IMG/VR virus record: IMGVR_UViG_3300049846_000848
Location: 1-64,000 of that record
Source of the DNA: a virus
Reading direction: 5' to 3' (one strand)
DNA length: 64,000 bases
Part shown: positions 35,900 through 45,157 of the stretch, in pieces
How positions within the stretch are numbered: position 1 is the first letter of the stretch
Layout: each line of letters begins with the position of its first letter
Program-made: the position numbers and the translations under genes
Notes under the pieces: generated by a model
The model's database searches: none
What the model was told of the DNA's origin: nothing
What the model saw: the letters and a program-made list of their open reading frames with translations, nothing else

Positions 35900-37951
35900 A
35901 TGTCAACCAAGTACGATGTATTCAGTAATAAGTTTTCAGAAGATATCTTTCGTCAAAAGTATTCATTGAATGGTCAGGAGACTTGGGCTGATATGTGCCG
36001 ACGAGTAGTATCGGCGGTATGCGGTCAACTGCTATCTCAGAAAGATCAAGATGAAATCTATAAGCTTATGCTGGCTAGGAAGTTTATTCCAGGCGGGCGG
36101 TATCTATATGCCTCTGGTCGAGCTAAGCATCAAGTTAATAATTGTTTCTTGTTTAGAGCTGAAGATTCGAGAGAGGGGTGGGCTGATTTAATGTCTAAGA
36201 TTACCTCTAGCCTAATGTTAGGAGGAGGTATAGGCGCTGATTACTCTAAACTTAGATATGAGGGTGCTCCTATTGCAGGTACTGGTGGAGTATCCACTGG
36301 CCCAATAAGCCTTATGAATATGGTAAATGAAGCTGGTAGACATATAATGCAAGGTGGCCAGAGAAGGTCCGCAATCTGGGGGGGTCTAAACTGGAAACAT
36401 AATGATATACCTGAATTTCTAGCATTAAAGAATTGGTCGGATGAACTAAAAGCTTTAAAAGAAAAAGACTTTAACTTCCCACTTCCTATGGAAGGAACTA
36501 ACATAAGTGTTATTTATGACACTGAGTTCTTTATAGCCATAGAGGATGAGAATCATCCACTGCATTCTAAGGCGAAAGAAGTATGGCTAGCCAACTGTAG
36601 GCAAGCATTTACTACTGCTGAGCCAGGATTCTCAATGAATTTCTTACGTGATAATGAATCACTTAGGAATGCACCAGTCTCGGCTAGGACTAGGGTACTA
36701 ACAGACAAAGGCTATGTAACAGTAGGCTCCATCGTAGGTAAAGAAGTTAGATTGTGGACTGGGGATAGATGGGCTCTAACTACGTTCAAACTTACTAAAA
36801 AGAACTCTGACCTAGTAGAAGTACACATGTCTAATGCGCTATCAATAGTATGTGACCCCGAACATCCTTTCATCATAAAGCCACATAGCGATTGCACTAA
36901 GTCTGATTTAAAGAGAATAGCAGCTGGGCAGTTAGTACCAGGAATGCTAATTAGATCCGATGCCCCCGGTAGAAATGAGTTTGATCCTGACGTAGAAGTA
37001 GTTTCAGTAGAAACTCTTGACTATAAAGAAGATGTTTACTGCTGCGATGTTGGAGTAGAGGAGCATTCCTTCATGGCTGAGGGCGTAATCATTTCAAACT
37101 GCACGGAAGTAGTATCAGAAGATGACTCCGATAAGTGTAACCTAGGTACTGCTTGGATCAATAGATTCAAGACTAAAGAAGAATTCAAGAAAGCCATACC
37201 ATTCATGGTAAAGTTTTTACTATGTGGCGGCATCTACTCAGATGTACCTACCGACAAGATAAAGGAAGTAGGTACCAAGAATAATCGTATTGGACTAGGC
37301 ATAGGCGGTATACATGAGTGGCTTATCACTAGGGGTATGGATTACGAGGTTACTCCAGAGCTACATAAGTGGCTTAAAGTGTATGAAGATGAGTCTACTG
37401 CTAGCGCCTACATATTTGCTAAGGAACTGGGAGTATCTATCCCTAAAGGAGTTAGAGCTATCGCACCTACTGGCACCATAGGGATTATGGCTGAGACTAC
37501 CACTGGAATCGAACCACTATTCTGCAAGGCATACAAGCGACGCTATTTAGAAGGATCTAGTTGGAAACATCAATACGTAGTAGACGGTATGGTTAAGCGC
37601 TTATTAGATCAAGGCGTAGCATTATGCGATATTAAAGATAGCTATGATCTTACATTCAAGCAGCGCGTTAAGTTTCAAGCTGACGTACAGAGTTACGTAG
37701 ACATGGCCATATCATCCACATGTAATATGCCAGCATGGGGTTCTGAGACTAATAATGAGAAGACACTTGAATCTAATGCTAAAATACTGCTAAAGTATGC
37801 TAAGCGACTCCGAGGCTTTACTGTCTATCCTGATGGGTGTCGAGGCGGTCAACCCCTAACTAGAGTATCCTTAGAGGAAGCATTAGAGTATGAGGGTACA
37901 GTATTTGAAGAGACTGAAAATAAATGCCTTAATGGCGTATGCGGATTATAG
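35900..37951 (+). CDS. nrdJ: class II (adenosylcobalamin-dependent) ribonucleotide reductase containing an intein
   Basis: FIPGGR, NNCF, GGGIG, RRSA, EPG, N-A-[intein]-CTE, CNLG, IAPTGT, GIEP, AISST, C-terminal CLNGVC; no beta-subunit gene seen. Confidence 0.88.
   Translation: MSTKYDVFSNKFSEDIFRQKYSLNGQETWADMCRRVVSAVCGQLLSQKDQDEIYKLMLARKFIPGGRYLYASGRAKHQVNNCFLFRAEDSREGWADLMSKITSSLMLGGGIGADYSKLRYEGAPIAGTGGVSTGPISLMNMVNEAGRHIMQGGQRRSAIWGGLNWKHNDIPEFLALKNWSDELKALKEKDFNFPLPMEGTNISVIYDTEFFIAIEDENHPLHSKAKEVWLANCRQAFTTAEPGFSMNFLRDNESLRNAPVSARTRVLTDKGYVTVGSIVGKEVRLWTGDRWALTTFKLTKKNSDLVEVHMSNALSIVCDPEHPFIIKPHSDCTKSDLKRIAAGQLVPGMLIRSDAPGRNEFDPDVEVVSVETLDYKEDVYCCDVGVEEHSFMAEGVIISNCTEVVSEDDSDKCNLGTAWINRFKTKEEFKKAIPFMVKFLLCGGIYSDVPTDKIKEVGTKNNRIGLGIGGIHEWLITRGMDYEVTPELHKWLKVYEDESTASAYIFAKELGVSIPKGVRAIAPTGTIGIMAETTTGIEPLFCKAYKRRYLEGSSWKHQYVVDGMVKRLLDQGVALCDIKDSYDLTFKQRVKFQADVQSYVDMAISSTCNMPAWGSETNNEKTLESNAKILLKYAKRLRGFTVYPDGCRGGQPLTRVSLEEALEYEGTVFEETENKCLNGVCGL
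36674..37099 (+). mobile_element. 142-aa mini-intein (no homing endonuclease), Pro-initiated, class-3-like
   Basis: PVSARTRVLT (block A), CDPEHPF (block B), DVYCCDV (block F with Cys at F4), GVIISN/C (block G); removing it restores LRNACTEV. Confidence 0.85.
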
Positions 37952-37960
37952 GAGGACAAT

Positions 37961-38485
37961 ATGGCTAAGAAGTTTAAAACCAAAGAAGGTCAAGATGTAC
38001 CGATGGACCAAGAAGGTAGACCTCTAATTCCTAGCGGACTCTTTATATCTAGAGGTCAGTTACCAGTCAAAGCATTAGTAGCTAACGCTAAGCTACCAAC
38101 CAGAGCGCACCCAAATGATGCAGGCTTAGACCTATACGCTCACTCCGAGACTAAAGACCCACAAGGTCGCTTCGTTGAATACGATACCGGCATAGCTGTA
38201 GCCATCCCAGAAGGATATGTCGGATTACTCTGCCCTAGGTCATCTATATCTAACACTTCACTAATGCTGCGTAACCATGTAGGCATACTCGATTCAGGTT
38301 ATCAAGGTCCGATAACCTTTCGATTCAAGCGCCTACCTGATTGTAAAGGATTACACTTCTATAACATAGGTGATCGCATTGGCCAGCTAGTCATAGTTCC
38401 TATCCTACTATTAGATCCGGTATTCGTGGATGAGCTACCTCAATCAGATAGAGGTAAGGGTGGCTACGGATCTACCGGGGTGTAG
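37961..38485 (+). CDS. dut: trimeric dUTPase
   Basis: AGLDL, PRSS, GILDSGYQG, GDRIGQL, RGKGGYGSTG. Confidence 0.95.
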   Translation: MAKKFKTKEGQDVPMDQEGRPLIPSGLFISRGQLPVKALVANAKLPTRAHPNDAGLDLYAHSETKDPQGRFVEYDTGIAVAIPEGYVGLLCPRSSISNTSLMLRNHVGILDSGYQGPITFRFKRLPDCKGLHFYNIGDRIGQLVIVPILLLDPVFVDELPQSDRGKGGYGSTGV

Positions 38486-38486
38486 C

Positions 38487-38921
38487 ATGCGAGCACCAGG
38501 ATATCAAGGTATGCGCAGCTCCCATAGCGGTCCGGTCTATGATTTTTATGGGGATTTACAAAACGTACCATCATGGCGTATCAATGCCAAAGGCCTAATC
38601 TCAATAGCTGTAATGGACGCGGATGATAAGATACAGCTGGATGAGGTTACGTTAGATGAACTTAAGATGGTAGACGCTGTCCTACCCTGGTGGTTCCAAG
38701 ATGAAATCCCAGGATCAACCGACCCTAATGACCACGATCGTTTCAAGCATAACGTATGCTCTAATCCGGTATGGCATGATATGAAGAAGATCGTATATTT
38801 CAACATCCCTTATTTAGAATGTGATAGATGTGGATTTTGTCCTGATTTAGATCAGCATAAACCTAGATACAAGAAAGCTTATTTAGACTGGGTGGAGTAT
38901 TATGGCCATAAAAAAACCTAA
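38487..38921 (+). CDS. hypothetical protein with C/H zinc-binding motif
   Basis: track ORF 38430-38921; in-frame ATG at 38487 follows the dut stop; C..H..CDRC. Confidence 0.55.
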   Translation: MRAPGYQGMRSSHSGPVYDFYGDLQNVPSWRINAKGLISIAVMDADDKIQLDEVTLDELKMVDAVLPWWFQDEIPGSTDPNDHDRFKHNVCSNPVWHDMKKIVYFNIPYLECDRCGFCPDLDQHKPRYKKAYLDWVEYYGHKKT

Positions 38922-39294
38922 GAAGCCTATATTTCCTAAGCGCATACCTCCGGTAATACGCTACTATCCTGGACGTAGTCAAGGAATCTATACGCTTAAG
39001 TCCACGTTCATCAACATGTCTACCGCTACCGCAATAGTTTTAGCTGACCCTACCGCCCGTATCATAAACACTAAGACCAAGAAAGAAGTTACCTGGGACG
39101 TAATCAATCGCACCTTACCACGTATTATCGGATCGTTATCTAATAAACGAAGTTTGTTACGTGAAATTATTGCTTTACTTGTAACAAAAGGACGCTATAC
39201 TAATGGAAGGATGGTTAGCGAGGTGTTAACCGAACTAGCCAAGACACTAGAGGATATCAATGACCGCACAAGAACTAAAAGACCTACTAACTAA
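38902..39294 (+). CDS. basic hypothetical protein
   Basis: GGAG RBS, 130 aa. Confidence 0.55.
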   Translation: MAIKKPKKPIFPKRIPPVIRYYPGRSQGIYTLKSTFINMSTATAIVLADPTARIINTKTKKEVTWDVINRTLPRIIGSLSNKRSLLREIIALLVTKGRYTNGRMVSEVLTELAKTLEDINDRTRTKRPTN

Positions 39295-39445
39295 ATATAT
39301 GCTCTACTTATTGATACTCTCTACTATCAGCGTAGCATTAACTTCAATCTTATACGTACATAGGAAGACTGCTTATATAGACTTCATATCAAACGAGCTA
39401 CTAAGAGACTATCCATGCAGTCCAGTCACTAAGGAGTCTAAATGA
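39260..39445 (+). CDS. small membrane protein
   Basis: single TM helix; GAGG RBS. Confidence 0.55.
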   Translation: MTAQELKDLLTKYMLYLLILSTISVALTSILYVHRKTAYIDFISNELLRDYPCSPVTKESK

Positions 39446-39678
39446 GCGCCGATACTCTAATCAAACTATGTGTAGCTAAAGGTTATTCTATAACTATAAA
39501 GAACTACGTGACCGAAGCTCCATTTAAGATTGACCCATTCGTAGGTGTCTTTATAGACACTAAAGGCCAGCTAAAGCAGCCTACCGCAGGCTTTCAGATC
39601 TACGCCGGTACATTGGATGAGGCTATATCGGATGCCTCTAGGGTACTATTTGAAGCATCCAGAGGGGAGGTAGTTTAA
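39442..39678 (+). CDS. hypothetical protein
   Basis: AAGGAG RBS; ATGA overlap. Confidence 0.6.
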   Translation: MSADTLIKLCVAKGYSITIKNYVTEAPFKIDPFVGVFIDTKGQLKQPTAGFQIYAGTLDEAISDASRVLFEASRGEVV

Positions 39679-40167
39679 ATGAATCTAGACGCCCAGATCA
39701 AATGGCATACCTTAGCTAGATGTTACGCTGATATGTTCTCCCAGGACCCAGACACCAGGGTAGGATGCGCTATTATAAGCCCATCTAACCGCCTTATATC
39801 ACTCGGAACTAATAACCCAGTATCCACCCTAGGGAGACGTGAGGACTGCCGCCATAAGCCATTAAAATATGGAGTCACGACCCATGCAGAAGCAGCTGCC
39901 ATCCTAGAAGCCAAGCGAGACTTAACTGGATGCTCCGCCGTTATGACCGACGCACCCTGCTCTAACTGCCTAAGATTACTATTAGAATCAAACATCTATC
40001 GCATCTACTACGGTACAGCTGAGATCATGCTAACTAGATCTACCACCGATGACCGGATAGCCTGCCGTCACATGCTCACCAATACTTACGAAGACATCAC
40101 TTGTACCAACATATTCACCCAACATCACTATGCTGCCGAGTTACATCAGTCCCTAAACCAAGGATAG
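39679..40167 (+). CDS. dCMP deaminase family protein
   Basis: SQDPDTRVGCAI, HAE, PCSNC. Confidence 0.88.
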   Translation: MNLDAQIKWHTLARCYADMFSQDPDTRVGCAIISPSNRLISLGTNNPVSTLGRREDCRHKPLKYGVTTHAEAAAILEAKRDLTGCSAVMTDAPCSNCLRLLLESNIYRIYYGTAEIMLTRSTTDDRIACRHMLTNTYEDITCTNIFTQHHYAAELHQSLNQG

Positions 40168-40169
40168 CT

Positions 40170-40559
40170 ATGGGCAAGACCCGCCGCTCCTCTCGTGATC
40201 TAGATGACCTAAAAGCTTTAAAAGAGAAGAACTCGCGTCTCAACCAAGAGAACCGCCAACTTAGACGTGAAATCAGTAACTTACGAAAACAACTATCCCA
40301 ACTAGACATAGACCGCCGATATGATGTACAAGATCTAATCCTAGCTCATGACCAAGAACTATCTGAGCGTCAGTCACATAAGGCCCTAATAGCTAAATGG
40401 TCATGTCACCAATGCGGTAGAGGAACTTTAATCCTACATATACTAAACATACCTGGAGGCTCCCGCTACTACCGTCACTGTAACCTATGTCCGCATCGAA
40501 CACCCCTACAACCATATACAAAAGATGTTGAAGGAGTGTTAGAGTCTGATCTAAGATAA
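40170..40559 (+). CDS. coiled-coil plus zinc-ribbon protein
   Basis: track ORF 40101-40559; ATG 40170 follows AAGGA; CHQC...CNLC. Confidence 0.65.
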   Translation: MGKTRRSSRDLDDLKALKEKNSRLNQENRQLRREISNLRKQLSQLDIDRRYDVQDLILAHDQELSERQSHKALIAKWSCHQCGRGTLILHILNIPGGSRYYRHCNLCPHRTPLQPYTKDVEGVLESDLR

Positions 40560-40563
40560 TAAA

Positions 40564-40614
40564 CTTTACTAATCAGTAAAGAAGTTAAGGCCTTAAAATT
40601 TACTATTAGTAAAG
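40564..40614. repeat. 51-bp AT-rich imperfect palindrome
   Basis: CTTTACTAAT...TTAAGGCCTTAA...ATTAGTAAAG, with two TTTACT-N3/4-AGTAAA sub-palindromes. Confidence 0.7.
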
Positions 40615-40692
40615 AATGACTCTAACTACTTGAAATCACATTCATTATTTAGACTTAACTTTTAGCTTGTCTTATGGATATTTTCTGATAAT

Positions 40693-41205
40693 ATGATCTA
40701 TATCAGGGAGGTGCCAATGAGAAATTTAATAAATAAATTACTTAAAGTTATAGGCGCTACTCTAGTAGATAACTCTTATTCTAAAGAGAAAGAAAAATAC
40801 AATATAGTAAAGTCACTATCTCTGACTTTAGATACAGCGGACCTTGATCTTATCTCTATAGCTAATAGAGAGCTTGAACTAGAGAAGCAACTACTTGAAT
40901 TAGCTAAAGATAGACAAAGATTAAATGAACTAAAACTAAAGATAGAACGTCATATAACTAGACTAGCTAAAGAACATGGACTTATATCAGATACTGACGT
41001 ACTTAAAGTAAAGGGCTCTAGAGAAGCGTACAACACTGTATCACGAGTACCCTTAGACTGTACTTATAAATTTAATGCTAAAGTAATCTCTCGCAGTCAA
41101 GAGACTGAAGCTAGACTACAGGAGCAAGCCGATAGACACGACCAAGCTACTAAGGCTAAGGTAGTTGCTCCGACGGATAACTTTTACGTTAAGGCTAAAG
41201 CATAA
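40693..41205 (+). CDS. hypothetical coiled-coil protein
   Basis: likely start at MRNL, after GGGAGGT. Confidence 0.65.
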   Translation: MIYIREVPMRNLINKLLKVIGATLVDNSYSKEKEKYNIVKSLSLTLDTADLDLISIANRELELEKQLLELAKDRQRLNELKLKIERHITRLAKEHGLISDTDVLKVKGSREAYNTVSRVPLDCTYKFNAKVISRSQETEARLQEQADRHDQATKAKVVAPTDNFYVKAKA

Positions 41206-41217
41206 TAGGAGGACTAT

Positions 41218-41520
41218 ATGGAACGACGATCAGACTTCGCCTTAAGACAAGCCAGATTCATGCATGAGCTTATGGTAGCAGAACCTATAGATCCTATTTA
41301 CAACAAGAGATTAGCCGAGGAAGGACGTAGACTGGTAGAGCTACATGCCATCTTAAAGGTCAAAGAAGACCGTAACGAAGATACTACCGCAGTATTGAAT
41401 CTAAATGATATAGGTGATATAGTAACTAAGGAGCATCCTTTAGCTATAGAGGAGGCTAAACATAACCCTAGATACGCTAAACCAGTAAGTTATGGGCGTA
41501 TCAAATTAGGATGGAGGTAG
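41218..41520 (+). CDS. hypothetical protein
   Basis: AGGAGG RBS. Confidence 0.65.
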   Translation: MERRSDFALRQARFMHELMVAEPIDPIYNKRLAEEGRRLVELHAILKVKEDRNEDTTAVLNLNDIGDIVTKEHPLAIEEAKHNPRYAKPVSYGRIKLGWR

Positions 41521-41522
41521 TT

Positions 41523-41630
41523 ATGAACGAGTTAATTGAGTATGCCACTTTGATAGTAATATTCTTTATATTACCAGCGGCTATAGGCTATGCCATAGAA
41601 TACCGCGAAGAACCACCTAAGGACATATAA
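41523..41630 (+). CDS. 35-aa membrane microprotein
   Basis: GGAGGT RBS; MNELIEYATLIVIFFILPAAIGYAIEYREEPPKDI. Confidence 0.6.
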   Translation: MNELIEYATLIVIFFILPAAIGYAIEYREEPPKDI

Positions 41631-41633
41631 CTT

Positions 41634-41741
41634 ATGACTCTAACTGATTTCACGATATTGTATTTTGCACTGACTATGGCTATAGGATTCGTCTTATGGT
41701 CTATAGTCCAGTCGGGAGATAGCCCGGATGATTGGGATTAA
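41634..41741 (+). CDS. 35-aa membrane microprotein
   Basis: MTLTDFTILYFALTMAIGFVLWSIVQSGDSPDDWD. Confidence 0.55.
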   Translation: MTLTDFTILYFALTMAIGFVLWSIVQSGDSPDDWD

Positions 41742-41744
41742 GGC

Positions 41745-41894
41745 ATGAACCAGTTAGAAGCTTTAACCATAGGAATCACCGCATTAGGGGCTATCGCTTG
41801 TGGTATGGGGTTGACTATGGCTGAGCCTATGGTTATGCTAGGGTTAGCGATGGTATCGTTATGGGTCATTATAGAGGTTATAATAGCGTTATAA
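41745..41894 (+). CDS. 49-aa membrane microprotein
   Basis: MNQLEALTIGITALGAIACGMGLTMAEPMVMLGLAMVSLWVIIEVIIAL. Confidence 0.55.
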   Translation: MNQLEALTIGITALGAIACGMGLTMAEPMVMLGLAMVSLWVIIEVIIAL

Positions 41895-41907
41895 AGGAAG
41901 ATGCCAC

Positions 41908-42051
41908 ATGAAAGCTAAACTACTAAGAACCACCAAAGACATAGCCCTATTGACTGGATCAGCTATAGCTATGGTAGGGCTACTATACGTAGCATTTGAA
42001 CATCCAGTAGAGGCTATCTTAGCCATAGCTTTAATAGCGGGGGGATTATGA
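41908..42051 (+). CDS. 47-aa membrane microprotein
   Basis: MKAKLLRTTKDIALLTGSAIAMVGLLYVAFEHPVEAILAIALIAGGL; stop overlaps the next ATG (ATGA). Confidence 0.55.
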   Translation: MKAKLLRTTKDIALLTGSAIAMVGLLYVAFEHPVEAILAIALIAGGL

Positions 42052-42239
42052 CCCTAAAACTACTAAAGCCTAAACCAGGATACTACTATAGCCCAGTATC
42101 AGATCAACTAGCTATCATATACCCCGATAATAGGGTAGAATTGATATGGCGTAGCGAAGGGTCACAGCATACCCGCATGACTACTTACTGGTTTATGCGG
42201 TCTATAGTAGCTGGATGGGAATATATAGGTGGATTATGA
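42048..42239 (+). CDS. hypothetical protein
   Basis: 63 aa ending WEYIGGL; coupled overlap. Confidence 0.6.
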   Translation: MTLKLLKPKPGYYYSPVSDQLAIIYPDNRVELIWRSEGSQHTRMTTYWFMRSIVAGWEYIGGL

Positions 42240-42592
42240 CCTCACCTACTACCCCAGAACTCTCCATACGCATCATACCAGGCCACAAGAACCCTAATAA
42301 GCACTCGGCTCTACCGTGGCGATGGACTCTCCTAGGTATCCATGACGAGGTAGTAGCTGAGTCACCCGAGTATCCTAGCCTATTTGAATGCACGGTATAT
42401 GCTAAGACATTCATCTTTAATATGAATAATCCTATACTTATCAAGAACTTAGACCCTAAACTAGAGAAGCGATATGGCTCACCTATGAACCGAGTTGACG
42501 ACTACTTCAACCACCTATATGATGAAGTAGTAAGAGAGCGAGGGGTGCCTACAGTTAGACCTAAGCTAGGAGTAGTACGTAATGAAGATTAG
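42215..42592 (+). CDS. hypothetical protein (YegP/DUF1508-like motif)
   Basis: WRWTL...EVVAESPEY resembles DUF1508. Confidence 0.45.
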   Translation: MGIYRWIMTSPTTPELSIRIIPGHKNPNKHSALPWRWTLLGIHDEVVAESPEYPSLFECTVYAKTFIFNMNNPILIKNLDPKLEKRYGSPMNRVDDYFNHLYDEVVRERGVPTVRPKLGVVRNED

Positions 42593-42791
42593 TATATGGC
42601 CTTATAAGTCTATGATAACACAAGGACGCCTTAGAGGCTGGATGATTCAGTACGTCTGGATCAATGGGATAATCCTAGGTAGATACTTTAGCTACCGCAT
42701 CCCACTGTACCCTACCTCTAAGCTCAGTAAAGAAGTAATGTTAAGACTCGATGAGACCATAGAGCGTATCAACGCATTAGGAAAGGACTAA
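42582..42791 (+). CDS. hypothetical protein
   Basis: AGGAG RBS. Confidence 0.55.
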   Translation: MKISIWPYKSMITQGRLRGWMIQYVWINGIILGRYFSYRIPLYPTSKLSKEVMLRLDETIERINALGKD

Positions 42792-42794
42792 TAT

Positions 42795-43007
42795 ATGGCT
42801 AAGAAGACTAAAACCAAGAAGAAGACTAAGACCCTAAAGAAGGTAGGCTACTCCGAGGTATGGTACTTTACCACCTCTGACCGCCTAGTCATGGTTAACA
42901 TAGGCTTTGGCATCTATAGGTCTAAGACTAATCCAGACTTAGTAGAGGTCAGTGCTATGGATGGTGACCGTAGGATGGGCTATCTACGTGTTTATAGAGG
43001 TCATTAA
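42795..43007 (+). CDS. Lys-rich hypothetical protein
   Basis: AAGGA RBS. Confidence 0.55.
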   Translation: MAKKTKTKKKTKTLKKVGYSEVWYFTTSDRLVMVNIGFGIYRSKTNPDLVEVSAMDGDRRMGYLRVYRGH

Positions 43008-43025
43008 GGGGCTATAGACTATTGA

Positions 43026-43286
43026 TTGGTGGTATGCTACGATAGCTATATGAACTTAAACGGGGAGGTAAGTATGAGTTCTAAAGAGTTCTTAGAGAAG
43101 TTAGTGTCAATGAAGCAAGCTATATATGAGACAAGGGGAGATCCTGAAGTAGCTCATGGTAGGGAAGACTCTATGATGGAATTCTATATAGACCATAGTT
43201 TAGAATTCGATAGAGATACCCTAGCCCAGGCTGTTAAGATTATATTAGAAGTTAGGGCTATGGAGTTCTCTAGATGGGGTGCTTAA
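43026..43286 (+). CDS. hypothetical protein
   Basis: DPEVAH...D motif; likely start MSSK after GGGGAGGT. Confidence 0.6.
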   Translation: MVVCYDSYMNLNGEVSMSSKEFLEKLVSMKQAIYETRGDPEVAHGREDSMMEFYIDHSLEFDRDTLAQAVKIILEVRAMEFSRWGA

Positions 43287-43320
43287 CCTAATATATGAAT
43301 CAAAACCTGGGGAGGTTTAT

Positions 43321-43941
43321 ATGATACGTAAAGTCGTTGGTGTGGAAAGATTCCACGTAACCTATGATCAGCAGTACGATCTAACCTTAGAATACTGGGT
43401 TAGTATTGCCGATGAAACTAGCACTACCTATGCTATCGATAGCTTCCACGCTACTATCTACTATAAAGGAGCTTACCTCTCTAGCGCCTCCTACTGTAGC
43501 CGTAAGCCTACAAAGCTTAACAAAGATCTAGTCAGAGCATTCATAGATACCGAGGATCTACCTAAGAAAGCTATGGCTTATGCTAATACCAGACTAGTAA
43601 CTAGGGGCCAGAAGTGGACTCTCAAGGTACTAAGCTGGGATACTAATAGAGGCCAAGGTTACGGTATAGTCGAAGAGCTAGGCTATTTCACTGATATCCA
43701 TGGCTGCAACGCTACCAATGCTTTGACCTGCTACGATGAGACAGCTTGTATCAACCTAACTAAAGGTGACCTAATAGAGATAGAACTAGCGGACATGGGA
43801 TCGCATCTAACTCCTACTAAGTTTATGGGTCAATTTGATGAAGCCAAGTCTAAAGGACTAGACCATAGTAAGCTTGCGTTCCTTAGAAGAGATGATAAGA
43901 TAGTGTCAGGTATGTTACCTGAGGGTGAGTCGTTGTTTTAG
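43321..43941 (+). CDS. protein with a C-terminal cold-shock/OB-like domain
   Basis: track ORF 43279-43941; ATG 43321 follows GGGGAGG; VLSWDTNRGQGYGI...DIH resembles CSD strands. Confidence 0.5.
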   Translation: MIRKVVGVERFHVTYDQQYDLTLEYWVSIADETSTTYAIDSFHATIYYKGAYLSSASYCSRKPTKLNKDLVRAFIDTEDLPKKAMAYANTRLVTRGQKWTLKVLSWDTNRGQGYGIVEELGYFTDIHGCNATNALTCYDETACINLTKGDLIEIELADMGSHLTPTKFMGQFDEAKSKGLDHSKLAFLRRDDKIVSGMLPEGESLF

Positions 43942-43952
43942 GGAGGTAAATT

Positions 43953-44873
43953 ATGAATTATGGTATTCCTTATATGGGTAGTAAGTCTAAGATCTTAAAG
44001 GATATATGTCCTCTATTCCCTAAGGCTACTCACTTTTATGATCTATTCGGAGGGGGCTTCTCGGTAACTGATTATATGCTTAGACATAGAGGTAACGACT
44101 TTAAGCACTTTCACTTTAATGAGATTAAGCCCGGAATATGTGAACTAGTGCAGGATGCTATTAAAGGTAAATATAACTATGATAACTTTAAGCCTGAATG
44201 GATCTCAAAGGAGAAGTTCTTTGCTAGCGGGGATGTCTACGTAAAGACTGTGTGGTCATTTGGGAATGATGGTAGAACCTACATGTTTGGAAAGAATATA
44301 GAGGAGTATAAACGATCATTGCATCAAGCAGTAGTATTTAATGAGTTCGATCAATTCTCTAAAGATTTCCTAGGTATAGGTAGATTCGAGAATTCTATGC
44401 CTATTAAGGATAGAAGACTCTTAATTAAGAAACTTACTAAAAATACCACCATGTCACCTAACCCTGCTATACGACTCCAGCAACTCCAGCAACTCCAGCA
44501 ACTCCAGCAACTCGAGCGACTCCAGCAACTCGAGCGACTCCAGCAACTCCAGCAACTCGAGTCAAGGCTATCATTTTATAATCTTGATTATAGGGAGGTT
44601 CCTATAAAAGAGGACAGTATCGTATACTGCGACATTCCCTATAAAGGGACTAAGGACTATAGCGTTAGCAGATTCAACCACTCAGACTTTATAGAATGGG
44701 CTGCTAATAACCCTAACCCAGTGTTTATCTCAGAGTACGAGATTCCAGATACTAGATTTTCCATAGTACATGAGGTGAGGAAGAGAGTACTTTTAGACTC
44801 AGCTCAAGCAAATAAATATAAGATAGAAAGGCTATATGCTAACGAAGCTGCTATGCGTAAGTTAAATAAGTAA
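43953..44873 (+). CDS. Dam-like (D12 class) N6-adenine DNA methyltransferase with an LQQ repeat insert
   Basis: PYMGSKSK, DLFGGGFSV, VYCDIPY, FISEY. Confidence 0.85.
   Translation: MNYGIPYMGSKSKILKDICPLFPKATHFYDLFGGGFSVTDYMLRHRGNDFKHFHFNEIKPGICELVQDAIKGKYNYDNFKPEWISKEKFFASGDVYVKTVWSFGNDGRTYMFGKNIEEYKRSLHQAVVFNEFDQFSKDFLGIGRFENSMPIKDRRLLIKKLTKNTTMSPNPAIRLQQLQQLQQLQQLERLQQLERLQQLQQLESRLSFYNLDYREVPIKEDSIVYCDIPYKGTKDYSVSRFNHSDFIEWAANNPNPVFISEYEIPDTRFSIVHEVRKRVLLDSAQANKYKIERLYANEAAMRKLNK
44472..44561 (+). repeat. 10 x 9-bp tandem repeat inside the methyltransferase
   Basis: C(A/G)ACTC(C/G)AG units encoding RLQ/QLQ/QLE. Confidence 0.95.
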
Positions 44874-44887
44874 CAAGAGGAGACCGA

Positions 44888-45154
44888 ATGAAAGTATTAG
44901 AATCAGCTAAAGTATTGAAAACACTAGACATATCTCTATTACCAGAAGTTAGAGTGGTACTAGGTTACAAGAATTGTAGTGAATCCCAAAGAGACGGTGA
45001 CCTATGGCTGTTCTTTGATCGCGACCAAGTTACCAAAGAGCCTATCTCTATGCGCAAACTACATAAAGCCACCGTAATTCTACAAGTCAAGGACGATAAG
45101 ATCCTAGTCTATAAAGACCAACAAAATCTATTGGCTCAATTTAAAGGGGAGTAA
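44888..45154 (+). CDS. hypothetical protein
   Basis: GAGGAG RBS. Confidence 0.6.
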   Translation: MKVLESAKVLKTLDISLLPEVRVVLGYKNCSESQRDGDLWLFFDRDQVTKEPISMRKLHKATVILQVKDDKILVYKDQQNLLAQFKGE

Positions 45155-45157
45155 CGC

